64,000 bases of DNA from Macrostomum lignano (Eukaryota): contig NIVC01002559.1 of assembly GCA_002269645.1 (NCBI GenBank), forward strand, positions 1 to 64,000, in the 5' to 3' direction. Both the position numbers and the translations under genes were made by a program. Shown here one piece after another: positions 37,711 to 49,575 of the stretch (its first letter is position 1; every line of letters starts with the position of its first letter). The notes under the pieces are model-generated. The model was not told where the DNA came from, did no database searches, and was given only the letters and a program-made list of their open reading frames with translations.

Positions 37711-40700
37711 AATTAATAATTGCTTGATGTCTATGTAGTTAGGCTTATAATTTAAAACTGCAACAAGAATGAAAATATTATGGAGTTTACTTGTATTGCA
37801 ATTTCTAACTGAGAGGGGTGCAGCCACTTTTTTATGCAGCTTATTCAATCATGCCTTAACAGATAAAAAACTTTTGAACTCTAGCACCTGGATTTTAGAA
37901 AACTATGAGCGTAATTATATTGTCATTTGCAAAAAAGTTGCAATTTAAGAATGAAAATCTGGACACTTGTTGCAAAATAGTATTGTTTTTAGGGTGTTGA
38001 CAGACAGTTTTATTTAAATTTCTAGATTTTTCTGGACTTTATAGTGTGGCTTTTAGGTTTCCAAAACTACATAGAATCATACTGCAGGAAATTTCATAAA
38101 TAAAATATTTGAAAATAGTATTTTTTGGAGCACATTTGCATGTCATCTACTTTCAGGTTAGTAGTAAGTTAAACAGAAGAATTTTAATGTATGTTAAAGC
38201 CAAGGCTCAATTTTGGCTTTCCTCACTAGATTAAAATCCCTAACTGCATTTTTTAGACCACCCCACCCTGCTCCAGTCTTATTGCTTTTATCTTAGAATT
38301 CTAGCCTAAAGCTGCTATGCACATTTCAATGGACTGCCTAGGCCCCTAATGTATATTAAAGCTGAACCAATTAGCAAGTTGTTTACACTTGCAAGCTTGG
38401 GCTTCTAAACTTATCAAAGTAATTTTAGTTGCCTTTGTTTTTATAACATAATAATAAAGTATTCTTTTTTGCTACTCAACTAAAAATAGAATGCTGCTTT
38501 AAGAAGTATATGTGCCTAAGTGGCCAATCTAATTATTTTAGTATTTGTGCTTCAAGCTTGAATTCATTATGGCCAGAATTTGGAATGCTAAATATAAAAT
38601 GCCAATCTGCAATGACAATCTAATTTTTTGTTATTTGACCTTGCTAATAAATTTAGTTTCTTTGGCTTAGGTCCTAGACCAACCATGAAGCAAAAATAAA
38701 GATAAATAAGACAAAATATAGTAGACAAAATTAGCATCAACCAATGCTAGCTAAGATCTTTATAAAAAGCTAAGATACTAATCATGGGCCTATTGTACTA
38801 GGCTAACAATATTTTAACAATAGTCACTGGAATGTGTTTTAAATGATATCAAGAAACCCTATAAATAAATAGGCTGCCAACAAGGAAATATTAACTTCTT
38901 TTAACTCCTTTTTACACATTTTTGCTTTAAAAAGATTGGTTATTACTTCTTTCTGCCTTGGTTATTGAGGACATCTAATCTAAGCTTTAGTAGAAAAACT
39001 CATTACCATTCTTAAGGACAAGACTTAGATTTACAATCTAAGAAATTGTATAATGCAAAAACATATACCAAAGGATTATAAGACCTAAGTTTAGAACCTA
39101 AGAACTCTGCCTTAGATAGGAGGGCAGAAAAACTATAAGAGTATAAACTATGGTCTTTTTTATCTCAATAATGCCTAGATTAAGAAAGAAACCCTCAATA
39201 AGAGCAAACATAAAGATTGAACTAAATAATACAACAATATAAGTATAGGCCTAGTGCTATTAGATCACTTAGGTCGAAAATACCTTAATATGCTACTAGT
39301 TCTATATATGGTAATGATTCTACATGATATACTACTAGCAATAGCAACATATCATATTTATTATAAGAAAATTAAAACATTGTATTAAGAATAAATAAAG
39401 AAAAAAGGCAAGCAAAGCTATTACAACTTGATATAGGCCTAGCTTTTCTTTTGGGTCCCAGGGCAAAAAAAGTAAATATTAACATACTAATAGCTTTTGG
39501 GATAACAGCTTTTCTTTTTTATTTCTTTAGACTTATAGCTATTAGGCCTACTTTTAGTGTATATTTCATAGTCCCAAGTATTCAATGCAATGTGTACATG
39601 AGAATTTTTTGCCTTGTATATTAGGCCCTATTAGGCCTAGTGATAGACTGGATGTGGATTTTTGCAAGTTTCCAAAACGGAATCCAAATGTACAAAAAAT
39701 TCTGAATCCATCCAAATCTGAATATCTGAATATGAGCAAAAAGTAAAAGGTAAATAGCAGGAGTAGGGCTAACTAAGGCATAACTATGGTTTCGTTCGTT
39801 ATATTATTTCTTGTTTTGAATTTGTTCCAGCGCACATAGAAATGGCTCGTTATATTATTTCAAGTTCTAATATACCTTTAGGTTCTAATGTACCTAATAT
39901 ACCTTTAGGTAGGCCTAACAAAAATGCCCCATCAAGCATCATCTAATTAATGATCTAAGTAATCAAGTAGGCTTAGTCTATTCTAATTCTTTAAGTGAAA
40001 TTCAAGTGAAATTGCAAAAATTAAAACTTAGTAGGCCTAGAGAGTAAATAAGTTTGAATTTACTTGTTGCTATTTGTTGCTTGAGCCCCTGATTCTAGCA
40101 ATTGAAGAGCTCTTCTTATCAGTGGCAGCGCAGTTTGCGGCAGTATCTGGTTAGGGGGGGAGGCAGTCACGGCCCCTTCCCCTACCAATTGTAATTAAAC
40201 AAATAAAAGTATTTGAATTAGAACACGAATTTTCTAAGAAAGTAAAAAATTACACAAATGACACACTTCTTATAAAACGAATGCGCAACACGAAATTTGC
40301 GAACAAACTTTAAAGAAAGAACGACAAAACACATGCGTACCTGCATGTGTTTAACTTGTTTTAGTGTTTTAACCGATCTATTTTAATTTCTGGATGAGTC
40401 AGATTACGTGCACCCGAGACATCCTGTAAATCTGTAATTGACCAAATTTTGTGTACCGTGTACATTGGAATCTCTGATCAAGTTAGCGAAAAGTGACTTA
40501 AAATTACAGAATCTACTTTTTTCTTCATTAATTATTTTAATTTTTTTCAATTTTAATGTCAAGGACTTCTAGACTAACAGGACGTAAAACTCAAAGATCG
40601 TGCAATTTTTTGGAGGCCACGATTTCCTGGAAAAAATACACTGCGAAGATAGGAAAAATCAGTTTTTCGTCACAAAATCTGTGATTGTATTTGATCTGGG

Positions 40701-40805
40701 GCAGTGAAGACTACCATTCTTTTAATTTAACATGCACAATATGTTACTCTATTATATTTTCATATAGCTGTGTAGTGAAGTTTTCATTTTCATATTGTTT
40801 TCACT

Positions 40806-41367
40806 TTATTTCATAAGCCCAAAGTTGCAAACTCACAAGTGGCATTAGCCAAACTTTTTGTGTTGTTCTTTTTAAAATAAAGTATAAAAACATTGCATGT
40901 AGGTACTCTTAGTCTTAAGCTAATATTGTAGGTTTAGTAACTATACTAATTCTTAGGCCTACTAGAACTAGACCTATCACTACACTATCTATCTAGCCTA
41001 ATAAGTAATTCAATTTAGACAATGACTTAGAGATTAGTATATTTAGATTTTTTTATTATATATAGATTACCAATAAATAGTTTCATATGGTTGGTTACCT
41101 AGGCTTGAGAAAGCTGTATTATCAGTTTTTAAGCCAAGCCTTTATTTAGGACTAAGATTTAAGAAGAATAGACTTAATCACAAAAATAGGCCCTAACCAT
41201 TTTTACTAGGTATCTATAAGAAAAAAACATTGATTAGTCGTTTTATAATTTTTATTTTAAAGGCTAAAAATATTATTATATTACAAATTTGAATAGCTTT
41301 TCTTTTCTTGAATTTGATATTTGGCTAATGCCACTTGTGAGTTTGCAACTTTGGGCTTATGAAATAA
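40806..41367. mobile_element. MITE with a perfect 48 bp terminal inverted repeat
   Basis: TTATTTCATAAGCCCAAAGTTGCAAACTCACAAGTGGCATTAGCCAAA (40806-40853) and its exact reverse complement (41320-41367). The interior is AT-rich and non-coding; the outer TA could be the TSD. Confidence 0.8.
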
Positions 41368-41949
41368 TGTTGTAGGCGTCTTTACTATTATTGTATTTTT
41401 ATTCCACTATGCCACCAAGTTGTCGCAGGGGTACACACTTCCTAGTTTATAATTACGCTACGGAATCAAGTTGTAATTTAAAATAGTTATTACTCCATAA
41501 AATTGCTTAGTCAATTGCTGCTTCTTAGAAAATATCAAGTCTAGAATTCTAATCTAAGGACTCCTTGGCGCATGACCAAGATGGCCACACACCAAGATGG
41601 CCACAGCTCTGAATGGCTGCTTGGATAGGAATAGGTCTATATATTTCCTCATTTCCTATTGGCTGTGATTGGGGTGGGGTATGATGTAGCTTCAAGTCTC
41701 GGAGAAGACAGATTTTGTTAGTGAAATTAGACTAAGTAAAACAAAAAACACTTCCCTTTACAGCAGGTATTACTACCTACTAAAGCTAGTAGCACTACTA
41801 GCACAAGACATTTGATTTTTGTATCATGGATAATAGTTTCAAACCTATCTCAATATACTAAAACTGACGTGTTGTTTGTATATGTTAAAAGTTAAAGGTA
41901 GAGGGTAAAGGTATTAGTTATGATAGAAGTAAGCAAAAATTGGAGTGCC

Positions 41950-44530
41950 TCTTGTCTCTCATCTTTTCTCTCATCTCTGCACTCTCGTCTCTTTTCTTTT
42001 CTCTGTCATTTCTCCCTCTCGTCTCTAATCTTTTCTCTCTCTCATCTCTGCCCTCTCCTCTCTCATCTCTTGCCCTCTCCTCTCTTATCTATTCTCTCTC
42101 ATATCTGCCCTCTTCTCTCTCATGTCTGCCCTCTTCTCTCTTTTCTCTCTCATCTCTGCCCTCTCCTGTATCATCTTTCTCTCTCTCATCTCTGCCCTCT
42201 CCTGTATCATCTTTCTCTCTCTCATCTCTGCCCTCTCCTCTCATCTTTTCTCTCTCATGTCTGCCCTCTCCTCTCATCTTTTCTCTCTCTCTCATCTCTG
42301 CCCTCACCTCTCTCCTTTCCTTTCTCCTCATGTCTATCCCCTCCTCTCTTCTCACCTCTTTGCTATCATCTCCCTTTTCCTCTTCATTCTCTTCTCCCTT
42401 CCCTCCTTTCTCCTCTCCATTAATCTCCCTTCTCCTCTCTCTCTCCGCTCGTATATAATCTCTCCTCTCATCAACTCTCTTCTCCTTTATTCCTTCGCCT
42501 CTCCTTTATCCTATGCTTGTATTTCTCTTCTCTATTCCTTACCCTCTCTCCTCACCTCTGGCCCGCTCTGTCATCAGGACTCCTCGCTTCGCTTTGGGGG
42601 CCAACGAAGCGGACTAGAAGGGCAGTCATGAGCTGGGTTCTCAATCGAGGTAAAAAGTTTGCCAACCCCTGCACTAAAAGCACCTGGCTTAGTCACATTA
42701 GATAAAAACTACATGTATAGTGGAATGGGATTGAGAACAACGTGAACTAGCCTCTCTACTCTGAACCTCTCTACTCTCAGCCTCTATCTACTCTCAACCT
42801 CTCTATTCTCAGCCTCTCCACTCTCAGCCTCTCTCTACTCTCAGCCTCTATCCACTCTCAACCTCTATCCCCAGCCCCTCTCTGCTCTGAGCCCCTCTCT
42901 GCTTTCAGCCCCTCTCTGCTCTCAGCCTCTCTCTACTCTCAGCCTCTACTTTCATCTTCTCTCTCAGCTCAGCTTATATCTAGTTCTAAAATCTGAAGTC
43001 ATACTCAAACAAAAACTTGTCTTTCGAAAACATGTATCGGCAAAATCTCTGGCCTCCTGTCTCTCTCTATGTCCCTCGGATCCTTTGAAACTCTATCTTC
43101 TCTTTTGTTTCCTCTCTCTCTCTTCTCTCTCTCTCTTCTCTTCTCTTCTTTCCTATCTCCTCTCTCCCATCTTCTCTCGTCGATCTTCCCTCACCTTTCT
43201 TCTCTTTCATCTTTGCTCTCTCTTCTCATTTATCTCTGGTCTCCACTCTCTCCCCTTAGGAAAGAAGGAAAGATAGAAAAGATAGATAGAAAACATAGGA
43301 AAGAAGCCTATGTTTGAAAAAGTGCCCGACTTGTACCAGCTGAGGCCAGCTAGAAGGCAACGCGGGAGAGATATTGTTGTAGAGTATCCAATCAAGAATG
43401 TGCCCACCCACCTTCTGGTGAATGGGGGCAGTACGCTGTCTTTGCTAAGAGCCAAAGACTATTCTAAAAAAATCACTGGAAGGAGCATGGAGGCCTTGGA
43501 GCCCCATGTGTGAAGGCCGTGTCATGTCATTAAAGATTATAGGACTGAGAAAATTTATTTATTAGGAGTTAGTCTCCCGTTCGACCCCCGCTGAGTGGCA
43601 GAATGGTAGTCAGCCCGTGATTGCTTAATCCCCTCCCAATTAGCGTATTGAAAGTTTGCTCGTGTTGCCCCGTTGGATACCGCTTTTCGCTTATTTACGT
43701 GCGCTTTCCATTATATTCAAACTATGTTGTGACTCCGTGCTCATGTGGCGATGTTTATATATTTAGGATTTGAGCTCGAACTTTGAACTCAAATTTGAGC
43801 TCGTACGGTATGTGTTTATTCCCTATAAGTCAATAATATCTTGGAAACCGGAAAAATTTCTATGGGTCTGCCCCGCAGGAGGTCCTGCCCCGCTGTTTAA
43901 AATTTTGTAGGAACAATGGAAGTCTGAGACTGTTAAAATTAGCACATTTCAGTTTGATTTCTCGTGTTTGTTCGCACCTCGTAGGTCAGTGCGAAATTCT
44001 CTATTCTATCTCCTCTATCATCTCGACCCTCTCTCCTATTATTTATTTCCTGTCTTATCTCCTCTCTCTCATCTCTCATCTGTACTCTCCTTTAACATCT
44101 CTCCTCTTTTTTCCCAACTCTCCCAACTCTTCTCTCAACTTTCTCCCCTTTACTCTTTCACCTCCCCTCTCTACTCTCTCCTCCCTCTCATCTCTCCTGC
44201 TCTCCCATCTCTCTTCTCCTTTCTACTCTCTCCCTTCTCCATTCTTCTATTTCCTCTCATCTCTCTTCTCTCCCTTCCCCTCTCTTCCTGTCCTCTCGAT
44301 TCTCCCCCTTTATTCTCCTTTCTCCTTCACTCCACTTCTCTCCCATTGTCTCTCATGTCTGCTCTCACATATTTCTCTTCTCTCTCCACTCGTCTTTATA
44401 ATCTCTTCCCTCTCCTCTCTCCTCTGTTCTAGCTCTACTGTCTCATTTCTCGTCTCTGCTTTCTCATCTCTCCTTTCTCCTCTTTCATCTCTCCTATCTG
44501 ATCTCTTCTCTCTTCTGTTTGTATCAGACT
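41950..44530 (+). repeat. TC-rich low-complexity tracts (~41950-42560, 42750-42970, 43050-43250, 43990-44530)
   Basis: Polypyrimidine tracts similar in style to the reverse complement of the array GA tracts. The overlapping ORFs are compositional artefacts. Confidence 0.85.
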
Positions 44531-45398
44531 TGTGTCTGTACATGTATTTAGAGGTTCGGCTTAATTTGACGAGATTTCAGAATTGTCAGACTTTGATTGA
44601 AGCCTTGCGTTTCTTGGGTATCAGTACTTGCTGAAAAATACATGCATCTCATATCTGTGCAAATTTGCCGCAGTGCATAAAGAGTACAAATGATATTTAC
44701 ATAAATAAATCTGAGGCTTCATGCTAAGTGCTGCATGCAAAGTCACTATATTGAGTTATTTATTTACGAGCCAAATTTTTATCATGGTTACCAACCATAG
44801 CAGTTGGCTAAAAATGTTAAAACTGAAAAAAGATTGCAACGAAAAATAACGATATGGCTGATTTGAGGTGAGCTGTTTTATATAGATAGATTTTTATCTC
44901 CACGCAAGCCAGTCAGTTATTTAGACTATTTATGACTTCCAATCGTATCGTATCAGTACAGGCCGCAATTGAAAAAAAGTTGCTCTAGGGTTGGCTTGAG
45001 TGTAACGATCCGTGACCATAAATTAAGTCTTTGCTCATTCAAGCTTGAATTGAAAGCAACCCCGCCTACCTTTTGTATTCAACTTAAACAAAATAATACG
45101 GCTCGTATGTGAACTCAATAGAAGTGGAAATCAAAAATAAAAACACTGCATCAGTTGCCACCCATTCACGATATTTCATATTATTTCTAGATACCAAGGT
45201 ATTGACAACAGTTTGTAGCAATGAAAAAATTGTTTTTCTATGAAATCTTTCATCAGGCCTAGCTGTTCTGCGAACTTGGGTGCAAAAGGTATCTCATATC
45301 TGCATTTTAATAGCTCGTATACGTAGCTCATATAATATCATGCATAATGATGGGGATGATGGGATAATGATGAATTACGGAGGCAGAAGTGCACTGAG

Positions 45399-47202
45399 TC
45401 ACACATACATGCAGTGACTAGCCAAGTAAAGGCTGTTTGCTCTGTAAGTGCGACGCAATGAACCCCCCCATCCCAAATTTGAGCGTAAAACAAAGTGCTG
45501 GTGATGAGTAACAGCCTGGCCCCCGTGAACTTGCTGCTGTAGCCGTCGCACCCGTTCAGCATCACGCTCTAGCAGGTCCAGCAGAAGGTAGAAGTTCAGT
45601 GGTTTCTGTCCACGCTTGTTGAGTTGACCATGCCAGGCTTCTACGTCGTTGTTGGTCCTCTTGTACTGCTCGAAGACGCAGATAGCATCACGGTCCCAGA
45701 CGGGATGCTGCAGCCAGGTAGTGCGCACATACTCGGCTAGCTGTAGGAGTAGCTCATTACCTATTGCCAGTTGAATGCAGGCTGCCAGATCATCAAGCAT
45801 ACAAGTGGACGGCAAGCATGGAATCGAGAGAAGCATGCGTACAACCAACTTAACTGCTGGAACAGTGGAATACTGCACCTGAAGGCCAAGGTTTTGGACA
45901 CGCCTGAAGACAGCTTGACAATAATGGAAGAAGCAGCCGCGAACTTGCGCACCTGGATATACCAGCCGAATTGCTTGCCAAGCAGCAGCTTCAAAGTCAC
46001 AGGTGAACTTGATTGGCGCATTACCTGTTGACTCCCAAAGGCAACGAAAGCAGGCTTGATAATCAGCTTGAGCCTTACCGGTTACCGGACATCAAAAAGA
46101 AGGCAAGTGGTACCAGCCTTTCCTGCCCATCAAAGCGAATCGCGCCGTGTACACTGTAAAGCTGTTTGAAAGGTGCCTTGACAATGCTAAAAGTTCCGTC
46201 GCACTTCAAGATTCGTCGGGTTGATAATAGTTCTCGCTGAGTTGTCGTCATGAAGACGAAGTGTCGCCCGTTTGTCTCAGGAACTGTCACATCCTGCAAA
46301 TGAAACTGGGCAGGTACATGTCTAGGATCAACTTGGAAATGTACGTCAACAGGTTCCATAGGGCGATCTTTTTTGCGACTGTAATTAGCATTGCGACTCA
46401 ATGACTCAATACTAAGCACCTCCTGCACTTCAGGTGAAAATTCTCTTAACTTCTCCTCCGCGATAATTCTAGCAGAGGTAAACAACATGCGCTTTGCTCC
46501 CTCCTTTACCTCCTTTGCTGCCTTTCTCTTCTGAGCTGGCTGATCAACTGGATCGCACGTGTGCGGAGCAAGGGCTTCTATGGTTTCATCAGCACGGCGG
46601 ACTGCGGAGCCATGACAGTGCAGTGATAAACGCTTAGTGCAGCGATAGTACGTGTTGCCATTTCGCCGCGTTTTTTCATCCATCAGATGGCCAAGGTCTC
46701 GTTGGGCATACTGCACTAGAAGGTCTTTTCCGTGACTGCATCCTGCACCTGTAAGAATCTCAAAGGGCTGGGGAGGTGGGCTGCGGGGCGGTGCAAGCTC
46801 TGCTGGAGGAATTTGAATGGATTCTTCCAGAGCTGGATCAGGGTCATTGAAATCTGGATACTGGTAAAGAAAATTTTCTGCTTGTGCTGGAATCAAATGC
46901 ACTGGTTCTGGATTTTCAGCAGGCAGAGGAACAGCCGCTGGTCCAGAATTCGGGGCTTGTACATGTACCACTGCAGCATCTGCAGCTTGAGACACTGCTA
47001 AGTTACCTGCAGGAGCCCGTCTATTGCATTGATTGCAAAGCCAGAAAAACTCACCGACATTTCTCATTGCAGAATACTGATCGATTGTGACGCGACTATC
47101 ACATGCACGGTGCTGCCAATTCAAGCATTGAGAACACTCAATTGCTTCTTGTCCATCGCAAACTGGCTGCAGACAGACTACACATGGATATGCGCCTGCC
47201 AT
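45399..47202 (-). pseudogene. PHD finger + FLYWCH/WRKY-like + MULE transposase, frameshifted
   Basis: N-terminal C4HC3 PHD (CVVC..ECSQCLNWQHRAC..WLCNQC); YYRCTKR..C..HTC zinc domain; KCDGTF..FKQLYSVHG. After the frameshift at 46075-46088 it continues CDFEAAAWQAIRLVYPGAQVRGCFFHYCQAVFRRVQNLGL..RTNNDVEAWH. Confidence 0.9.
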
Positions 47203-47528
47203 TTTGTATCTAAGTGCTTAGACTGCTTCAGTGAATGAGACAGATGAATTCTGAACAGGGCATGAAATTTACCCAGTTTTTATCCCTTTAAACAAGTAAA
47301 TTAGTCTGCATTAGTCTGCAAATATGTTTACACCTCTTAGGGGCCTACTATAAGTAGGAAATTAAGACTCGTAACCATTTTTGTCTTTAGCCCTGCAATA
47401 AACTAATAAAATTTTGACTTCCTGTCTAAACCCCCCCATTGCAACCCCACATCTCCCCACCCGAAGCTATCCAATAGTAAACCAGCTGTCATTTTCCGTG
47501 ACCCCCACCCCAGCTGTGGCCATCTTGG

Positions 47529-48090
47529 TGTAGTAGGGCATTATTTTAGAAACGGAAATTTTGCAGGTTTAAATATGCTTTTACCCTACTATCAGTAGTT
47601 TCAACCCGGGGAAATAATTAGAGCAGGGGTAAGTGGATAAAATCGGGGTTCCTTTAGAAATACAGAGCAGTTGGGCTCTTGGGAAAGAAAAGCTTCGTTG
47701 GAGTGTCTTCTCCTGTTTAACTTAGAGAGTTCACGCAGAAGTGGTAAGGAAGGGAAATATAAGGGTTAGGCTTGCACAGAGGAGTCTTGCCTCTAAAACT
47801 GGGAGTCTTGCCCAAGCACTATAACGGGAATAAGGAAATAAGGGAATTAATGTAAGAGCAAAACAAATAACCTTTTGTACGCATTCTCTTTATTATTAAA
47901 AATTTCCAACTGTTAACTATAATCTTTGGTGTCCTGACTCACTTCTTTAATCTAAAGTACTAGAATTAGGGAAAGCAGGAAACCTGGTGGCAGCGAAACT
48001 ACCGAAATCTCAACCAGTATATCCACTTAAATCCTTAATAGCAAATAAGAAAACCAGTAGCCTAAACCGCGAGGTACCACGACTTGTCCA
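47529..48090 (+). repeat. 5' LTR (562 bp)
   Basis: TGTAGTAGGGC..GACTTGTCCA. By eye it differs from the 3' LTR at two positions, both G in this copy and A in the other. Confidence 0.95.
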
Positions 48091-48092
48091 AT

Positions 48093-48102
48093 TGGTGGCA
48101 GC
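48093..48102 (+). promoter_or_regulatory. Primer-binding site TGGTGGCAGC (tRNA-Leu-type)
   Basis: Starts 2 nt after the LTR CA and is complementary to a tRNA 3' end ..GCTGCCACCA. Confidence 0.8.
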
Positions 48103-48546
48103 TTAGAGGATTAGAATACCCGAGAAACGCATACATTAGACTGGAGCTTAGGATTAGTAAGGGATTAACGGATTAACTCCTATGTGCTGAAATTAGAACT
48201 AAAACTAACACAAATTTACTAATTAGGTTCTAAATTAGAGAATTAATGTACATAGTCAGTTGATCTAAGATTGTCTGATCTCAGATTAACGGATTAACGG
48301 ATTAGGAACGGATTAACGCTCCTGAAAGGAATTCTAACTTAGTTTCTTCGCTAGAAGATTAGTAAGGTCTCAATTAAGACCAGAAGTTAAGGCGGAAGTA
48401 ATAAAATTAGAGTCACTGCTGTTTTATTAACTAAAGTCTTACCATTAGGCAATTTAGCAGCTAAATTCGGAGTCTTGCCAATTTACTGACCAAAATTATT
48501 AAACCAGAAGCGTTAATTCTAGAATCCAACCTAAATTTAAACTAAT

Positions 48547-49575
48547 ATGGAAGCTAATGACGTAGTAGAAGCACTGGCTGAAGGCATTAGAGACAGGCTA
48601 GACATTAGGAAACATATTAGGATCCAAAAGTACACGCCTAATCAGGATATAGACGTATGGATTCAGGATTTTGAGCAGAGGTGTATCGCAGATGAGATAC
48701 CCCCAGCTGAGTGGAAGAATGAGTTGCTGTCTAACCTGGATGTCCAGTCAGCGTTTGCTATAGTAACAAGGCTAAACTTAGACCCTAATCTAGCATACGC
48801 AGAATTTAAGGATAGACTAATCGAGCGATTCACGCATGTAGGTAGTGCTCAAGAAGCTAGGGAAGAGTTCCGTAGTAGGTTCCAGTGCAAAACTGAAAGC
48901 ACTGATGACTACGCTGAAAAGCTGACAGAGCTAGCATGCAGGGCGTTTCCCCATCTAACTAACGATCAGAGACAGGAAGAGGTGGTGGAACAATTTATCA
49001 GAGGTGTTAGGGTTGCCCCAGAGACTAGAGAGAAGCTACTACTAGCTCAGGTAAACTCGCTTCAAGAGACACGTCGAGTCTTGCGACGTATCGAAATGGC
49101 GTACGCTATGTCTCGCCGAGGTAGAGACCCGCAGCAGTGTAAGGCAACTGGAGGAGACGAAGCTGAGAATAGCTTGAAGGAATTAGTCCGCAAACAGGGT
49201 GAGGCGCTAGAAAACCAGCAGAAGGTGCTTCAGGAGTTACTCCGACACCACCAAAGTGTTGAGCAAAAGGTCAAGCAGCAGCAGCCGTCAGGACAGCAGC
49301 AGCAAGGCCAGAATCAGCAGAGGCGTCCCCCAGTGAAGTGCAACAGGTGTGGCAAGCTAGGTCACTTAGCTAAGAATTGTAGACAGCCACATCCTCAGAA
49401 CCAGCTTAGGTACCCGGCTCAGCAGCAGATGCAGTATCAGCAGTCGCAGTATCAGCAGCCGATGTACCCACAGCAGCAGATGCAGCCGCAGTATCCGCAG
49501 CCGCATTACCCTCAGCAGCAGAATTCGGGAAACGGAGTAGACGGAAGCGTCGGAGGCAACGCTTTCCAGCAGTAG
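48547..49575 (+). CDS. gag: Gag with CCHC zinc knuckle and Q-rich tail
   Basis: 342 aa ORF with a retrotransposon capsid-like helical region and the knuckle CNRCGKLGHLAKNC. Confidence 0.93.
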   Translation: MEANDVVEALAEGIRDRLDIRKHIRIQKYTPNQDIDVWIQDFEQRCIADEIPPAEWKNELLSNLDVQSAFAIVTRLNLDPNLAYAEFKDRLIERFTHVGSAQEAREEFRSRFQCKTESTDDYAEKLTELACRAFPHLTNDQRQEEVVEQFIRGVRVAPETREKLLLAQVNSLQETRRVLRRIEMAYAMSRRGRDPQQCKATGGDEAENSLKELVRKQGEALENQQKVLQELLRHHQSVEQKVKQQQPSGQQQQGQNQQRRPPVKCNRCGKLGHLAKNCRQPHPQNQLRYPAQQQMQYQQSQYQQPMYPQQQMQPQYPQPHYPQQQNSGNGVDGSVGGNAFQQ

